Virus record (IMG/VR): IMGVR_UViG_3300032006_000008
Coordinates: 1 to 55,290 of that record
DNA: 55,290 bases
Strand: one strand, 5' to 3'
Source of the DNA: a virus
Taxonomy: Duplodnaviria; Caudoviricetes
A program made the position numbers and the translations under genes. Position 1 is the first letter of the stretch; the number at the start of each line of letters is the position of its first letter. Below the pieces are notes generated by a model. That model did not search any database. It worked only from the letters and a program-made list of their open reading frames with translations, and had not been told where the DNA came from. Shown in pieces: positions 9,472-18,692 of the stretch.

Positions 9472-10386
9472 TTATTTATTTATACTAAATAAATCCATTT
9501 CTTCTGTGTCAACATCTACATTCATGAGTTTGTCAAACACAGCATCCTCGTTGGACTTGGAAGTAGTAGAAGAAGCATCTCCAGTAGCCCCTAGGCTTCT
9601 TGGTTTCTGCCTTACGTTCTTCATTTGGTCAAGAAGTTCTTCTTTTGCAGACTCAGCAACGTTTTGTTTTACGTTTTCCCTGTTTTTTAAGTAAAGAATA
9701 TCATCTAAAGAAAGTTTGTGCTGTTTAGCATAATTCATAAACTCTTTATAGTCTTCTTCGCCAAGTTCATGTCTTTGCTTAAATGCGCTAGCTTCTTTAA
9801 GTCTGCGATTTTCTTCAGCTTGTTGTCCTTGAAACTGCCCAAGTCTTTTTTGTATCATTCCGTCAATTGTGCGATTTAAAACTTTTGCAGAACCACTTTC
9901 AGGGTCTTTCACTGCTTCGTCTCCATCAAATATGAAGTCTTCTCCCAAATTTAACTCTTCAGTCATGGATTTTGGTGCTTGACCGCCTCCCTCAAAATAA
10001 TTTCTCACATGAGTAATTAAATTGGGGTCGTCTCTCATTGCGTCAAGAAGAGGTAAGTAAGGTTCTAATTCACCCAAGCGGGAGTTAAGCCGCCTAGCTT
10101 CCTTGCTTGAATCTGCATACCTTTTCTCATAATCGTGTTTTTCTTCACCAGAGTCCACAGCTTCCTCAGCGACAGGAGTTGTCTGGGCTGGTTCAGGTTG
10201 CGCGTCCTCAACCAGCGATATTTCTTCATCTAATTGTGCTGCATTAACAGAATTGTCTAGTTCTTCAAAAAAACTATCCTCTGCTCCTGCAGGCGTAAAA
10301 ACATCAGAGCTTTCATCAAAGACATTATCAGATGCTTCTTGCAAAGCTTCGTCTTTGGAAAGGTTATCTTTGTTGTCTTGTGCCAT
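9472..10386 (-). CDS. Capsid scaffolding protein
   Basis: Acidic, helical 304 aa between portal and MCP; YEKRYADSSKEA motif. Confidence 0.75.
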   Translation of the reverse strand: MAQDNKDNLSKDEALQEASDNVFDESSDVFTPAGAEDSFFEELDNSVNAAQLDEEISLVEDAQPEPAQTTPVAEEAVDSGEEKHDYEKRYADSSKEARRLNSRLGELEPYLPLLDAMRDDPNLITHVRNYFEGGGQAPKSMTEELNLGEDFIFDGDEAVKDPESGSAKVLNRTIDGMIQKRLGQFQGQQAEENRRLKEASAFKQRHELGEEDYKEFMNYAKQHKLSLDDILYLKNRENVKQNVAESAKEELLDQMKNVRQKPRSLGATGDASSTTSKSNEDAVFDKLMNVDVDTEEMDLFSINK

Positions 10387-10400
10387 AATTAATTGTCCTC

Positions 10401-10431
10401 CAAATTAAAGGATTTTTAGGTTATTTGTCAA
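10401..10431 (-). promoter_or_regulatory. Putative promoter for scaffold/MCP
   Basis: TTGACA-N17-TTAATTTG just upstream of the GGAGG RBS of the scaffold gene. Confidence 0.5.
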
Positions 10432-10434
10432 TTG

Positions 10435-12723
10435 CTATTCACTCTTATCTACAACTTGATTTTTAGCGCTTCTTAGTCCAGCTCTGTACTCCCTTTCGGC
10501 AGTTTTCTTCCTAGAGTCTAAGTCACGCTTAGCAAAAGCAATCTCTTTTTCCATAGTCTTTCTTAAATCTTTTTGCATAGATTTAGAATCAACTTTCTCT
10601 TTGTAGATTTCTTTATCAGCTTCTCTAATCTGGTCACGAATACCAGCTTGTACTATTTGTCGTTCCAGAGTTTCATTTTCATCTTGCATATCTTTCATTT
10701 CCTCCTCTAGAGAATCTATCTGATTCCTCATTTGTGAGTATATTGATTTACGTTTAATAATTTGCTCTTTATTCCTAATATCTGTTTCAGACAACATAGC
10801 TATGTCATCAATCAATCCAGATTGAAACCATCTAAAGTATTCTTCCATCAATGCCCACCTATTAACAGGCAATGTAGAACCTCCAACTATTCTTACATCA
10901 AACCTAGCTGATGCATAATCATTGAATTTATTAATAGCATTTCCAAAATCGCTATATACAGGAACATTGATTTCTACTCTTTTTGTTTCAGTCGTATCAG
11001 GTTGAACAATCCTAAAGACTTTATTAGCTTTATAAGTTTGCTGTGCAATATCTTTAAAGACTTTACCAAGATGTTCAAGGGAAGGCTCCACTGTCGTTTG
11101 CATCCACGCTTTTATTCTTCTTGTGCCATGCTCATCTACTGCGAGCATTCCTCTATATGTTTCATGTTGCTGAGCTGGAGCCCCTTGCATACTTGAATAC
11201 ACTCCAGATATATATTCTAAATCTTGCTTACCTTCTGTAACTATTCCAAAAAATGCATTATTTAAAGGAGCAGGTTGAACTGGAGAAGGAGCTTCAAATC
11301 CTTGTCTATATTTTAATAATGCTCCAGGAGAAGAAGAATACTGTTCCCACTCTTCTTCAGGTACTGAACCCTCTTGGTACATCCATCTAAGATTAGAAGC
11401 TAAGTTAGCATTGTGTATCATTAACTGATGAGCTTTATTAATCTCTTGTTGTTTACCAACTAAAGGACTTACTGCGCTTACAGGATATGGAGTTCCTACC
11501 CACTGATAACATATTGGAACGATTGGATATTCATTCATTGGCAATATATAATCATATAAGACAGTATCGCTACCTAAAGTACAAGTCAATTTTACTCTAG
11601 TATCATAAAATTTTACAGAGTCAATTACTTGTTTTTTAAACTCTGGAGACTCCATCATTGCTTTATATTCATCTTCTGTAACAACCACATTAGCAACTTT
11701 AGTCTTTTCTTGTTGCAAGATAGAAGTCAGCTCTTGCTGTTTTTTCTCAATAGCTTGTTCATTTTGCATTTTTAGCTTTTCTTTTTCAAGCTCTCTTCTT
11801 TCTTCTAACATCTCACCTGACTCTACTTGAGCATCAAGAGCCATCAATTGTTCTTTATATTGAACCTCTAACTCTTTTATAAACATTTCCATTTGCTTTT
11901 CAACTTCTTGTTGAATTTGAGCCATCATCTCTTCGTCTGGTGGAACTTTATAATTAAGATTTATAAACGCAACTTTAATTTTTTCGTATGTTTCATAGTA
12001 GTCTAGTAAAGAATCTCTACTACCATCCATCTCATAAGACTCATCCCCTATATCTTCTGGTATAATATTATCAGAAAATGCAGTATTCCTAGATGAGTAA
12101 TAATCACTACTTATTTCTGGACTTCCAGTAGCTTTTGCAATTTTCCTTGTATGTTCTGGGAATAATTGCTTTAATTGTTTTTTTGGAAGTATTTTTCTTA
12201 TTTGTATATATCCAGCGTCTCTGAAAAGGAAATCCCTACTCATAGGGTCTATGTATACATCATAAGGGTCAAGTCTTTTAAATAGCACTTCTCCCATTCC
12301 TCTATCAGCGTCAGGGTCTACATCAATTAAGAAATAACCAACCCCTTTAACCAAAGCATCTTGTATGACATGAGAAAAAACACTTCTTCCGTTAGATTGA
12401 TACCAACAATAATCTGCTAAGTCTGCATGAATAGCTGCTATGTTTGAATCACTACCATCTGAACCAACTGCTTGCCATCTTGGATTGTTTGCTGTAACAA
12501 AATATTTCATCATTTCAATTACAGGTGTTATTCTATTAATAACAAAAGTAGGCATCCCTGACTCTTGTAGTGCTTTTATTTCTTCTCCACTTAGTTGGTC
12601 GTTAAGATAAAAATCTTCAGACTTCTGTGCTACAGAACGCCACTTTTTACGCCAATTCCCGTTTGCATTTTTAAATAGTTGAAAATAATTCTCAGCAATT
12701 TTTTTATTTGTTTTCCTTGCCAT
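10435..12723 (-). CDS. Portal protein (P22-like)
   Basis: 762 aa; FVINRI.P, DALVKGVGY, DPYDVYIDP, YPIVP, QQEINK motifs; C-terminal coiled-coil barrel. Confidence 0.9.
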   Translation of the reverse strand: MARKTNKKIAENYFQLFKNANGNWRKKWRSVAQKSEDFYLNDQLSGEEIKALQESGMPTFVINRITPVIEMMKYFVTANNPRWQAVGSDGSDSNIAAIHADLADYCWYQSNGRSVFSHVIQDALVKGVGYFLIDVDPDADRGMGEVLFKRLDPYDVYIDPMSRDFLFRDAGYIQIRKILPKKQLKQLFPEHTRKIAKATGSPEISSDYYSSRNTAFSDNIIPEDIGDESYEMDGSRDSLLDYYETYEKIKVAFINLNYKVPPDEEMMAQIQQEVEKQMEMFIKELEVQYKEQLMALDAQVESGEMLEERRELEKEKLKMQNEQAIEKKQQELTSILQQEKTKVANVVVTEDEYKAMMESPEFKKQVIDSVKFYDTRVKLTCTLGSDTVLYDYILPMNEYPIVPICYQWVGTPYPVSAVSPLVGKQQEINKAHQLMIHNANLASNLRWMYQEGSVPEEEWEQYSSSPGALLKYRQGFEAPSPVQPAPLNNAFFGIVTEGKQDLEYISGVYSSMQGAPAQQHETYRGMLAVDEHGTRRIKAWMQTTVEPSLEHLGKVFKDIAQQTYKANKVFRIVQPDTTETKRVEINVPVYSDFGNAINKFNDYASARFDVRIVGGSTLPVNRWALMEEYFRWFQSGLIDDIAMLSETDIRNKEQIIKRKSIYSQMRNQIDSLEEEMKDMQDENETLERQIVQAGIRDQIREADKEIYKEKVDSKSMQKDLRKTMEKEIAFAKRDLDSRKKTAEREYRAGLRSAKNQVVDKSE

Positions 12724-13211
12724 TATACTAAGTACTTTCTACATGCGTCAATAAAATGTTGAGGGTCACCTTTTCCCTGCTCTGTATTATAATATTTTTT
12801 CCAATAATTTGCCATTCCTTCAAATGTGTTAGGCATTTTTTTAGGAACTCTCCAATATTTTAACCTACAGTGAACAATTCCAGCTGCTATGTTTTTTTCA
12901 AGAATATCTTCCCATAATATCTCATCAAAATTCTGCCAATGCTTTATATCTACTACACTAGCCTCAGCGCATTTTAACATTAACTTTTTTCTATGTTTAA
13001 GATAGTGAGCTAGATTATCTACACAGGTAGCTGCTTCTACTTGCCAGAAACTTCTCGCAGGACCGTCACCCATTTGTCTAATGTATTCATATCTTGACTC
13101 AACTATACCAGTAGCTATAACAAGATTTATAGCATTTTCTGAAGCGAATTTATCGCCCATATCAGAGCATACTCTAGTAACCAAATCTCTCATCTGACTA
13201 ATGCTAACCAT
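12723..13211 (-). CDS. Lysozyme-fold/transglycosylase-like protein (endolysin candidate)
   Basis: ATGIVES (putative catalytic Glu), GPARSFWQVE, YWKKYYNT..GKG; start re-assigned to ATG 13211 (TAATG coupling). Confidence 0.6.
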   Translation of the reverse strand: MVSISQMRDLVTRVCSDMGDKFASENAINLVIATGIVESRYEYIRQMGDGPARSFWQVEAATCVDNLAHYLKHRKKLMLKCAEASVVDIKHWQNFDEILWEDILEKNIAAGIVHCRLKYWRVPKKMPNTFEGMANYWKKYYNTEQGKGDPQHFIDACRKYLV

Positions 13212-13396
13212 TAATACCTCTTTTTTTTGTTTTTCTTTAAAGATAGTTTTGGGTGTCTTTTTTGAAAACCAGCTGAATCTACAAAACCTTGCCATACAGA
13301 TTTGCTCTTACCATTAAAACTAGGAGAGCCAGACGTTTCTTTGTTTTCTAAAGATTGATTATCAGGCTTATGTGTGAAATCTCCTCGCGTACTCAT
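13211..13396 (-). CDS. Hypothetical small basic protein
   Basis: 61 aa, coupled on both sides (ATGA and TAATG). Confidence 0.55.
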   Translation of the reverse strand: MSTRGDFTHKPDNQSLENKETSGSPSFNGKSKSVWQGFVDSAGFQKRHPKLSLKKNKKKRY

Positions 13397-14001
13397 TTCG
13401 GTATCATTTCTAAATCTTTTAAAATATTCATAGTTTCCTCATTTGTGTTTAGTTTTTCCAAGCGAGATTTTAAATCCATCGTATCTTTCTCTGTAGTAAA
13501 TGGGTCATCTCTCCTAAATAATAACTCTTCTGCTCCTCGTAGAGCTTCTTTTGTCTCCACAGTTGTATTGTAATGCTTATCATATTCACCAATAAAATGA
13601 TTCATTCTTAGAATAGTTCTTCTCCCAAATTGTCCCTCTACAGGTATTGGGGTTAGGTCATAACCAGATTCTTTGAAGAATGTATTTAATTTTCTCTGCA
13701 AAGTTCTTACTTGTTTCTCATCATTCCCATCAAGATTATATACAAACCATCTAAGAGCATTAGGGTCTTGGATTTCACTTTCACTAAGGTTTCCACCATG
13801 CTTTCCACCCTTATCATACAATAATTCCATTTTTTCTTTATAAGGCATATTCACCCACTCTTTAGCCTCTTGTATTCTTTTTAATGATAGTCGTCTTTGT
13901 TGTTCAGATTTTATAGCCCCACCAATCCCTGTCCAATCCATTAGTCTTTCAAAGATTCCTCCTGTTTGTTTTTCCTGTGTTTGTTTTTTTTGGTAATTCA
14001 T
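13393..14001 (-). CDS. Protein with peptidoglycan-binding (PG_binding_1-like) segment
   Basis: VRTLQRKLN...PIPVEGQFGRRT matches the V..LQ..L...VDG.FG..T pattern. Confidence 0.5.
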   Translation of the reverse strand: MNYQKKQTQEKQTGGIFERLMDWTGIGGAIKSEQQRRLSLKRIQEAKEWVNMPYKEKMELLYDKGGKHGGNLSESEIQDPNALRWFVYNLDGNDEKQVRTLQRKLNTFFKESGYDLTPIPVEGQFGRRTILRMNHFIGEYDKHYNTTVETKEALRGAEELLFRRDDPFTTEKDTMDLKSRLEKLNTNEETMNILKDLEMIPK

Positions 14002-15548
14002 GCTATTAACCAGCTTTTAGCCTTCCTTTTGGGTTTAAACCACCTCTTTTTGTCCTTATCCCGTGCATATTTTGGCGGAAATGAGTGTAAAGTTGCATAA
14101 AATAGTGTTTCAATGGTATCATCATGAGCCATTCTCGGTCCGAAAGTAAGGATTTCGTTGATTAAATCAAACATATTTTCTTTGATATGCACTAATCCCA
14201 TAGAAAAGCGACCACTTAATCCGCTATATATTCTATTTCTTTTTTGTTGACCTCCAGGCTTCTGAGGGATTACAGATATATGAAATTTATTCAATCTTCG
14301 TCTTTCTTCGTTTAAAGCTTGAAATATTGACCTATTCATAGCCACATCTTCAACTGTACTTGATAAACAATGGTATTGTTGGTGAAGTTCCATTATATAA
14401 TCAACTACTCCTTTTTTGCCAATAATCTCTCCATCTGTTAAAGATTTAGAGCCAATAGTTGGAATAGATTTGTGTCTTTCATAATGAAGAACATATACAT
14501 TACTCTCCATATCAACAGCAACAACCATTATAACAGAATAATCAGATTCTTTAGTATCAATATCTGTGGCAGGGTCACAACCTAAAAATGTGTTAACTGG
14601 AATCTTATCTCCATTGACATGGATATAATTAACGTCATTATCGTTATCATATTCATAATGACCATTCCAGTATCTTATGTCGCTGCGTTTCCAAACGGAG
14701 TCTTCTTCCGATTGGACTTCCATCATGTACTCTTGATAGAATTTGGATGGAGTACCTGAATCTTGATAAAACTTTTTCTTTTCTGCTAATTTTTTTAAAG
14801 GAAACCAACTATCCCACAAAGGAGATTCATCAGGAAGTATGGCTTTATAAGTAATTACTTTCCAAGCAAACTTTTCTTTATTCTTTTGACTCCTTGCGTG
14901 ATTAATGATAAGATTATTAATAAAGGAATCATAGTGAACGGGAGTACCATTAACACGCAGCCGACCAGTATGAGGCTCAAGCGCGGGATAAACAACAGCA
15001 GTGACCAAATTTGAGTTTTTAGCTCTGGCTTCGGATGTAATTGTGTTTGCTTCGTGTTCAAAGTCATCTAATATAATAAGGTCATATCTTTTATGCAACT
15101 TTGCTCCACCACGAATACCAGCCACATTACTTTTAGATATAAGTTTGCACCCATTTTTTAATTCAACGTCTTCCTCAGTCCATTTCTTTCCCTTTAAGTT
15201 TCCAAAATAATATTTTATCTTTTCATTAAATTCAAAATGGTATTTAATGTAATCCATATTTCCAGTTGACAATTTCTGAGTAGCGGACACCCATGCATAG
15301 AAGTGCATATCATCTTTTGGCGTAAAACAAAAGTCTTTAATAATTGAACATTTTGTCAATACCGTTTTCCCATGTCCTCTTGGGAGAATGATAGCTAACT
15401 GTTTACAGTTTTTATCATCTATTGCATCAGCCATCTCATAATGAAATGGGGGTGTCTCACTACGCATAAAATCATCAGGCAAAAACAATTTACCAAATGC
15501 AATTAAATCATTTTTTGCTAATTCTAATACTTGTTCAGCCTCACTCAC
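13998..15548 (-). CDS. terL: Terminase large subunit
   Basis: Walker A PRGHGKT, Walker B LIILDDFE, motif GTPVH, nuclease GCDPA and HDDTIE. Confidence 0.92.
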   Translation of the reverse strand: MSEAEQVLELAKNDLIAFGKLFLPDDFMRSETPPFHYEMADAIDDKNCKQLAIILPRGHGKTVLTKCSIIKDFCFTPKDDMHFYAWVSATQKLSTGNMDYIKYHFEFNEKIKYYFGNLKGKKWTEEDVELKNGCKLISKSNVAGIRGGAKLHKRYDLIILDDFEHEANTITSEARAKNSNLVTAVVYPALEPHTGRLRVNGTPVHYDSFINNLIINHARSQKNKEKFAWKVITYKAILPDESPLWDSWFPLKKLAEKKKFYQDSGTPSKFYQEYMMEVQSEEDSVWKRSDIRYWNGHYEYDNDNDVNYIHVNGDKIPVNTFLGCDPATDIDTKESDYSVIMVVAVDMESNVYVLHYERHKSIPTIGSKSLTDGEIIGKKGVVDYIMELHQQYHCLSSTVEDVAMNRSIFQALNEERRRLNKFHISVIPQKPGGQQKRNRIYSGLSGRFSMGLVHIKENMFDLINEILTFGPRMAHDDTIETLFYATLHSFPPKYARDKDKKRWFKPKRKAKSWLIA

Positions 15549-15564
15549 ATTTTGAGTATTAATA

Positions 15565-15771
15565 TTAATCTTTTGCTTCTCCTATGAGAGTTGGGACTTC
15601 AAGTTTATTAAGTATTTTCACTATATCAGTAAGTTTAAACACTACTTGTGAAGTAGGATTAACAATATGATATTCATCAATTCCATTAGCTAATGTTTTC
15701 ATTTTCTCTATTGATTCGCCTAAGCTCATCCCTTCTTTAACTGGTTTCCTTATTTTATATACGTTTTCCAT
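15565..15771 (-). CDS. Hypothetical protein
   Basis: 68 aa ORF in the packaging operon. Confidence 0.55.
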   Translation of the reverse strand: MENVYKIRKPVKEGMSLGESIEKMKTLANGIDEYHIVNPTSQVVFKLTDIVKILNKLEVPTLIGEAKD

Positions 15772-15883
15772 TTGCTTTTCTTTGTTTTCTTGCTATTTGA
15801 GCTGCCGTTCTTCCTTCTCTATTTAATTTTATATTTAATAAACGTCTTTTTCTTTTGCGAATCTTAGCATCTTTATTTGGCAT
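15755..15883 (-). CDS. Highly basic 42-aa microprotein
   Basis: Below the ORF-track cutoff; MPNKDAKIRKRKRRLLNIKLNREGRTAAQIARKQRKANGKRI fills the gap exactly. Confidence 0.55.
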   Translation of the reverse strand: MPNKDAKIRKRKRRLLNIKLNREGRTAAQIARKQRKANGKRI

Positions 15884-15885
15884 TG

Positions 15886-16767
15886 TTAATTAGTCCAACA
15901 TTCTATTTTATCTTTGGTAAATTCAATTGTTGTCCAACCAGTTCTTACAATAGGGTAAAAACTATACCTTGCATACTCAGCGTACTTTAAGAACGAACCT
16001 CCTCTAATATACCATCTCCTATGAAGTCTTTCTTCGTCTCCATCTATTCTTAAAGAATCTATTGGTTTACAATATAACTGATGGTTATGTCCCAAGAAGA
16101 ATACATCACCTTGACTATATACAGCAGCCATCTTATCTAATTCCAAATCACCATTCTTTCCACCTCCTTTTCCATGCCCACTAACTAAATTCCATTGTTG
16201 TCCATCAATATTAATTTTTGTGTAGCCTGGCATAATGAAATAAGGAACATTCATCTCATTTGCTATAATTTTACATATATCCAAGTCAAGAATGTTAAAA
16301 CTTCTAAGATAATCGTGATTACCTCCTCGTATGAATAAACATTTGTCCTTAATAGGTCTTACTAAATCTAAGAACGTAAGATATTGCTCATCTGGTGGTA
16401 TCTCTTGACCTCTCTGTGAAATCTTATACCCAGGCGGAATGAGTTCTAATAAATCACCATTACCAAACCAAACTGCATTATCGTCTTCATATATAGCTTT
16501 TACAGCTTCGTTAAACTTTTTTAAATCAAATTCATTTGCGCCTACATGGACATCTGTAAGACCATGAACTCTTACTACTTTATCTGATTTATATTCAAGA
16601 ACCTGTCCAGGCTCCACCATTTTTAATCCATCTTTAATCTCGGAATCTAGTGGAACTGAGAAGTATCTTTTGCAAGATTTACATCTATATTCTTGCCTTA
16701 TTCCTTTTTTGCTTTTCTTTTTCCCATCCTTTTTTACGTGCAAGCTTGAGCATCTTGGACATATCAT
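15886..16767 (-). CDS. Calcineurin-like metallophosphoesterase with N-terminal zinc ribbon
   Basis: CPRC...QEYRCKSC Zn ribbon; DVHVG, GDLLE, GNHD, SGHG, GHNH motifs. Confidence 0.85.
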   Translation of the reverse strand: MICPRCSSLHVKKDGKKKSKKGIRQEYRCKSCKRYFSVPLDSEIKDGLKMVEPGQVLEYKSDKVVRVHGLTDVHVGANEFDLKKFNEAVKAIYEDDNAVWFGNGDLLELIPPGYKISQRGQEIPPDEQYLTFLDLVRPIKDKCLFIRGGNHDYLRSFNILDLDICKIIANEMNVPYFIMPGYTKINIDGQQWNLVSGHGKGGGKNGDLELDKMAAVYSQGDVFFLGHNHQLYCKPIDSLRIDGDEERLHRRWYIRGGSFLKYAEYARYSFYPIVRTGWTTIEFTKDKIECWTN

Positions 16768-16770
16768 AAG

Positions 16771-17547
16771 TTATTTTCCTTCTGTTAGTTTTTCTGGAAT
16801 TTCTTCTCTTTTAGCTGACTCTATGGCATCAGGAGCGAACCCTTCAAACATTCCAAAAACTCCCATTTCTCTATTTTTAATAGTCGTTCCTCCTATTGTG
16901 CCAACTATTTTCCCCAGCTCTTTTACTGATTGTAATCTTATATTCTCATCTTCGGAATTGTCGCATAAACATTTTAAATTTCTTAAAATATAATCATGGT
17001 CTATTCCTAATTTTTTAGCAACATCCAATGCTCCTTTTTCAACCTCTTTGATTACTCTATCTTGTTTTAATAGCATTAGCCCTTTTCTCCTTGCTTTTTT
17101 GTTATCTTCTTCATCAAACGCGTCCATGTATGACTTAGCCACCCCAACCCCAGATACAATTTTTGCTGAAAATGCCCGTTCCTTTTTAGTAGTCCTTTCT
17201 CTATTCTTAATATTCGCATTTGTATTTTTAATAGAAGTGCTGAATGTGTACCTGTTAGGGTGCTTCTTGAAATCAGTATCCATAAATGTATTATCTTTGA
17301 TAATAAAAGTGCCCACAATAGTACGAATATATCCATTAGCATTTTTATAATTTTTAGTATCATTTGGGTGACTAAGCTGAGACCTTTTTAATACTTGCAC
17401 AACTCCATTGTCGTCTGCTATTACCCATTCTCCTTCTCTCGCTTTCTTCCAATCTGGATTAACGGTGGTATTTGGATTGTGTGCTTCAAATTCTTCTACA
17501 TCGCTATAAACGCAATGCTCTACATCTTTAATTTTTTTCTTTATCAT
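16771..17547 (-). CDS. Terminase small subunit-like protein with N-terminal extension
   Basis: TKKERAF...AKSYMDAF...LLKQDRV...DYILRNL...IRLQSVKELGK resembles the TerS HTH/oligomerisation pattern; upstream of TerL. Confidence 0.6.
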   Translation of the reverse strand: MIKKKIKDVEHCVYSDVEEFEAHNPNTTVNPDWKKAREGEWVIADDNGVVQVLKRSQLSHPNDTKNYKNANGYIRTIVGTFIIKDNTFMDTDFKKHPNRYTFSTSIKNTNANIKNRERTTKKERAFSAKIVSGVGVAKSYMDAFDEEDNKKARRKGLMLLKQDRVIKEVEKGALDVAKKLGIDHDYILRNLKCLCDNSEDENIRLQSVKELGKIVGTIGGTTIKNREMGVFGMFEGFAPDAIESAKREEIPEKLTEGK

Positions 17548-17716
17548 TAAAAGTTTCTGGAAATTTACACTCTATAACTTCCTTAACTTGCGAAGAAAGG
17601 CTCTGTATTAACTCTAGTACTTTAGGGTGTACGTCATACACATCCCCATCTATTTCAATAGCAACTGGGTTAATCCCAGTCTCTTCTGGAACTGTATTTA
17701 TGTTTTGATTTGACAT
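17528..17716 (-). CDS. Hypothetical protein
   Basis: ORF track 17528..17737; likely start ATG 17716 after AAGGA. Confidence 0.5.
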   Translation of the reverse strand: MSNQNINTVPEETGINPVAIEIDGDVYDVHPKVLELIQSLSSQVKEVIECKFPETFNDKEKN

Positions 17717-17933
17717 AAGTCCTTTTAGAATATACATTATTTTTAGGAAACTTTTGTTTCTTATATTCTTTTCTATATTCTTGCATTATTTTTGATAGCT
17801 CACTATTAGAACATTCCCATAGCTTCTTCTCTGAGCCTACAATATGTCTTTTAATATCAATTGTCTCTTCTATTGTAAGGTAATCATTAGATTGAATTAC
17901 CGCTAGCTTCTTTGTGAAATCCTCAAATGTCAT
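17670..17933 (-). CDS. Hypothetical protein, first gene of the leftward operon
   Basis: 87 aa directly downstream of the putative promoter. Confidence 0.5.
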   Translation of the reverse strand: MTFEDFTKKLAVIQSNDYLTIEETIDIKRHIVGSEKKLWECSNSELSKIMQEYRKEYKKQKFPKNNVYSKRTYVKSKHKYSSRRDWD

Positions 17934-17972
17934 TATGTATATATTAATTAATAGTATTATATATATAAGAAA

Positions 17973-18000
17973 AATATAGCAAATTTACTATGTATGTCAA
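17973..18000 (-). promoter_or_regulatory. Putative sigma70-type promoter for the packaging/structural operon
   Basis: TTGACA-N16-TATATT with TGn extended -10, in an AT-rich divergent intergenic region. Confidence 0.55.
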
Positions 18001-18056
18001 GTCTTATTTTATGTTTACCTAAAAAAGTTATATCATTTTGATGCTCAGACATATTT

Positions 18057-18111
18057 ACCCCCCATATGGGTGGTTAGTTGGTTTCGGATTCCCCAACTTC
18101 AATTGGAATCC
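18057..18111. repeat. Cluster of GC-rich inverted repeats at the strand switch
   Basis: ACCCCCCATATGGGTGGT near-palindrome; AGTTGG/CCAACT and GGATTCC/GGAATCC inverted repeats. Confidence 0.55.
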
Positions 18112-18135
18112 ATTTACCTTAGAAAGGGGTAACTG

Positions 18136-18360
18136 ATGTTCTTATTAATGACAATCAAGGGCGATGATGGCAAGTCTCGCAAGTTCTTAACACCTTTAAC
18201 TGGATTATTTGAGATTAAGGGTATGGAAGGCGACATACTCGTACACTTTGCGAGTGGTGGCAAGGCTATCATAGCACAGGATGAAGTGGACCAGATGTAT
18301 GCAGATGCACAGAAGGTGTTGAATGGCGATACTACGAAGTACGTTCCAGGTAGCAAGTAG
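18136..18360 (+). CDS. Hypothetical protein, first early gene
   Basis: 74 aa, AAGGGG RBS, more GC-rich than its neighbours. Confidence 0.65.
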   Translation: MFLLMTIKGDDGKSRKFLTPLTGLFEIKGMEGDILVHFASGGKAIIAQDEVDQMYADAQKVLNGDTTKYVPGSK

Positions 18361-18392
18361 TCCTCCAATTGCGGGGGAGATTGTCTAAAAAA

Positions 18393-18452
18393 TGGGATAT
18401 GTGGCTATAAAGACATAGAAACTTAGCTAGACACTGATAGTCATATATCCTA
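18393..18452 (+). promoter_or_regulatory. 16-bp RNA stem-loop (processing/terminator-like)
   Basis: TGGGATATGTGGCTAT/ATAGTCATATATCCTA; the 3 non-Watson-Crick positions are all G-U on the + strand. Confidence 0.55.
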
Positions 18453-18477
18453 TTTATACTACTAAAATCAAAATAAC

Positions 18478-18690
18478 ATGGGTAATAACATGAACTCAAC
18501 AATAAAACTAAAATACGATGAACTAGAAACTCTTAAATCCCTAATAAATTTATATATGCAAAGCGATGGCAAGGTAATTGAAAACAATTGGCACAACAAC
18601 AATGCAAGTACAAATATCTTTCACAATGAAGTAATTGAAATATCTAATAAGATAACTGTTTCATTAACAAATCAATACAGGGAAGAATAA
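18478..18690 (+). CDS. Hypothetical early protein
   Basis: ORF in a tightly packed + strand block. Confidence 0.55.
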   Translation: MGNNMNSTIKLKYDELETLKSLINLYMQSDGKVIENNWHNNNASTNIFHNEVIEISNKITVSLTNQYREE

Positions 18691-18692
18691 CT

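Noticed and set aside
16660-16767. IS1 element (InsA-like zinc ribbon)
   Set aside because: The ribbon is fused in frame to a phosphoesterase; no transposase or terminal inverted repeats
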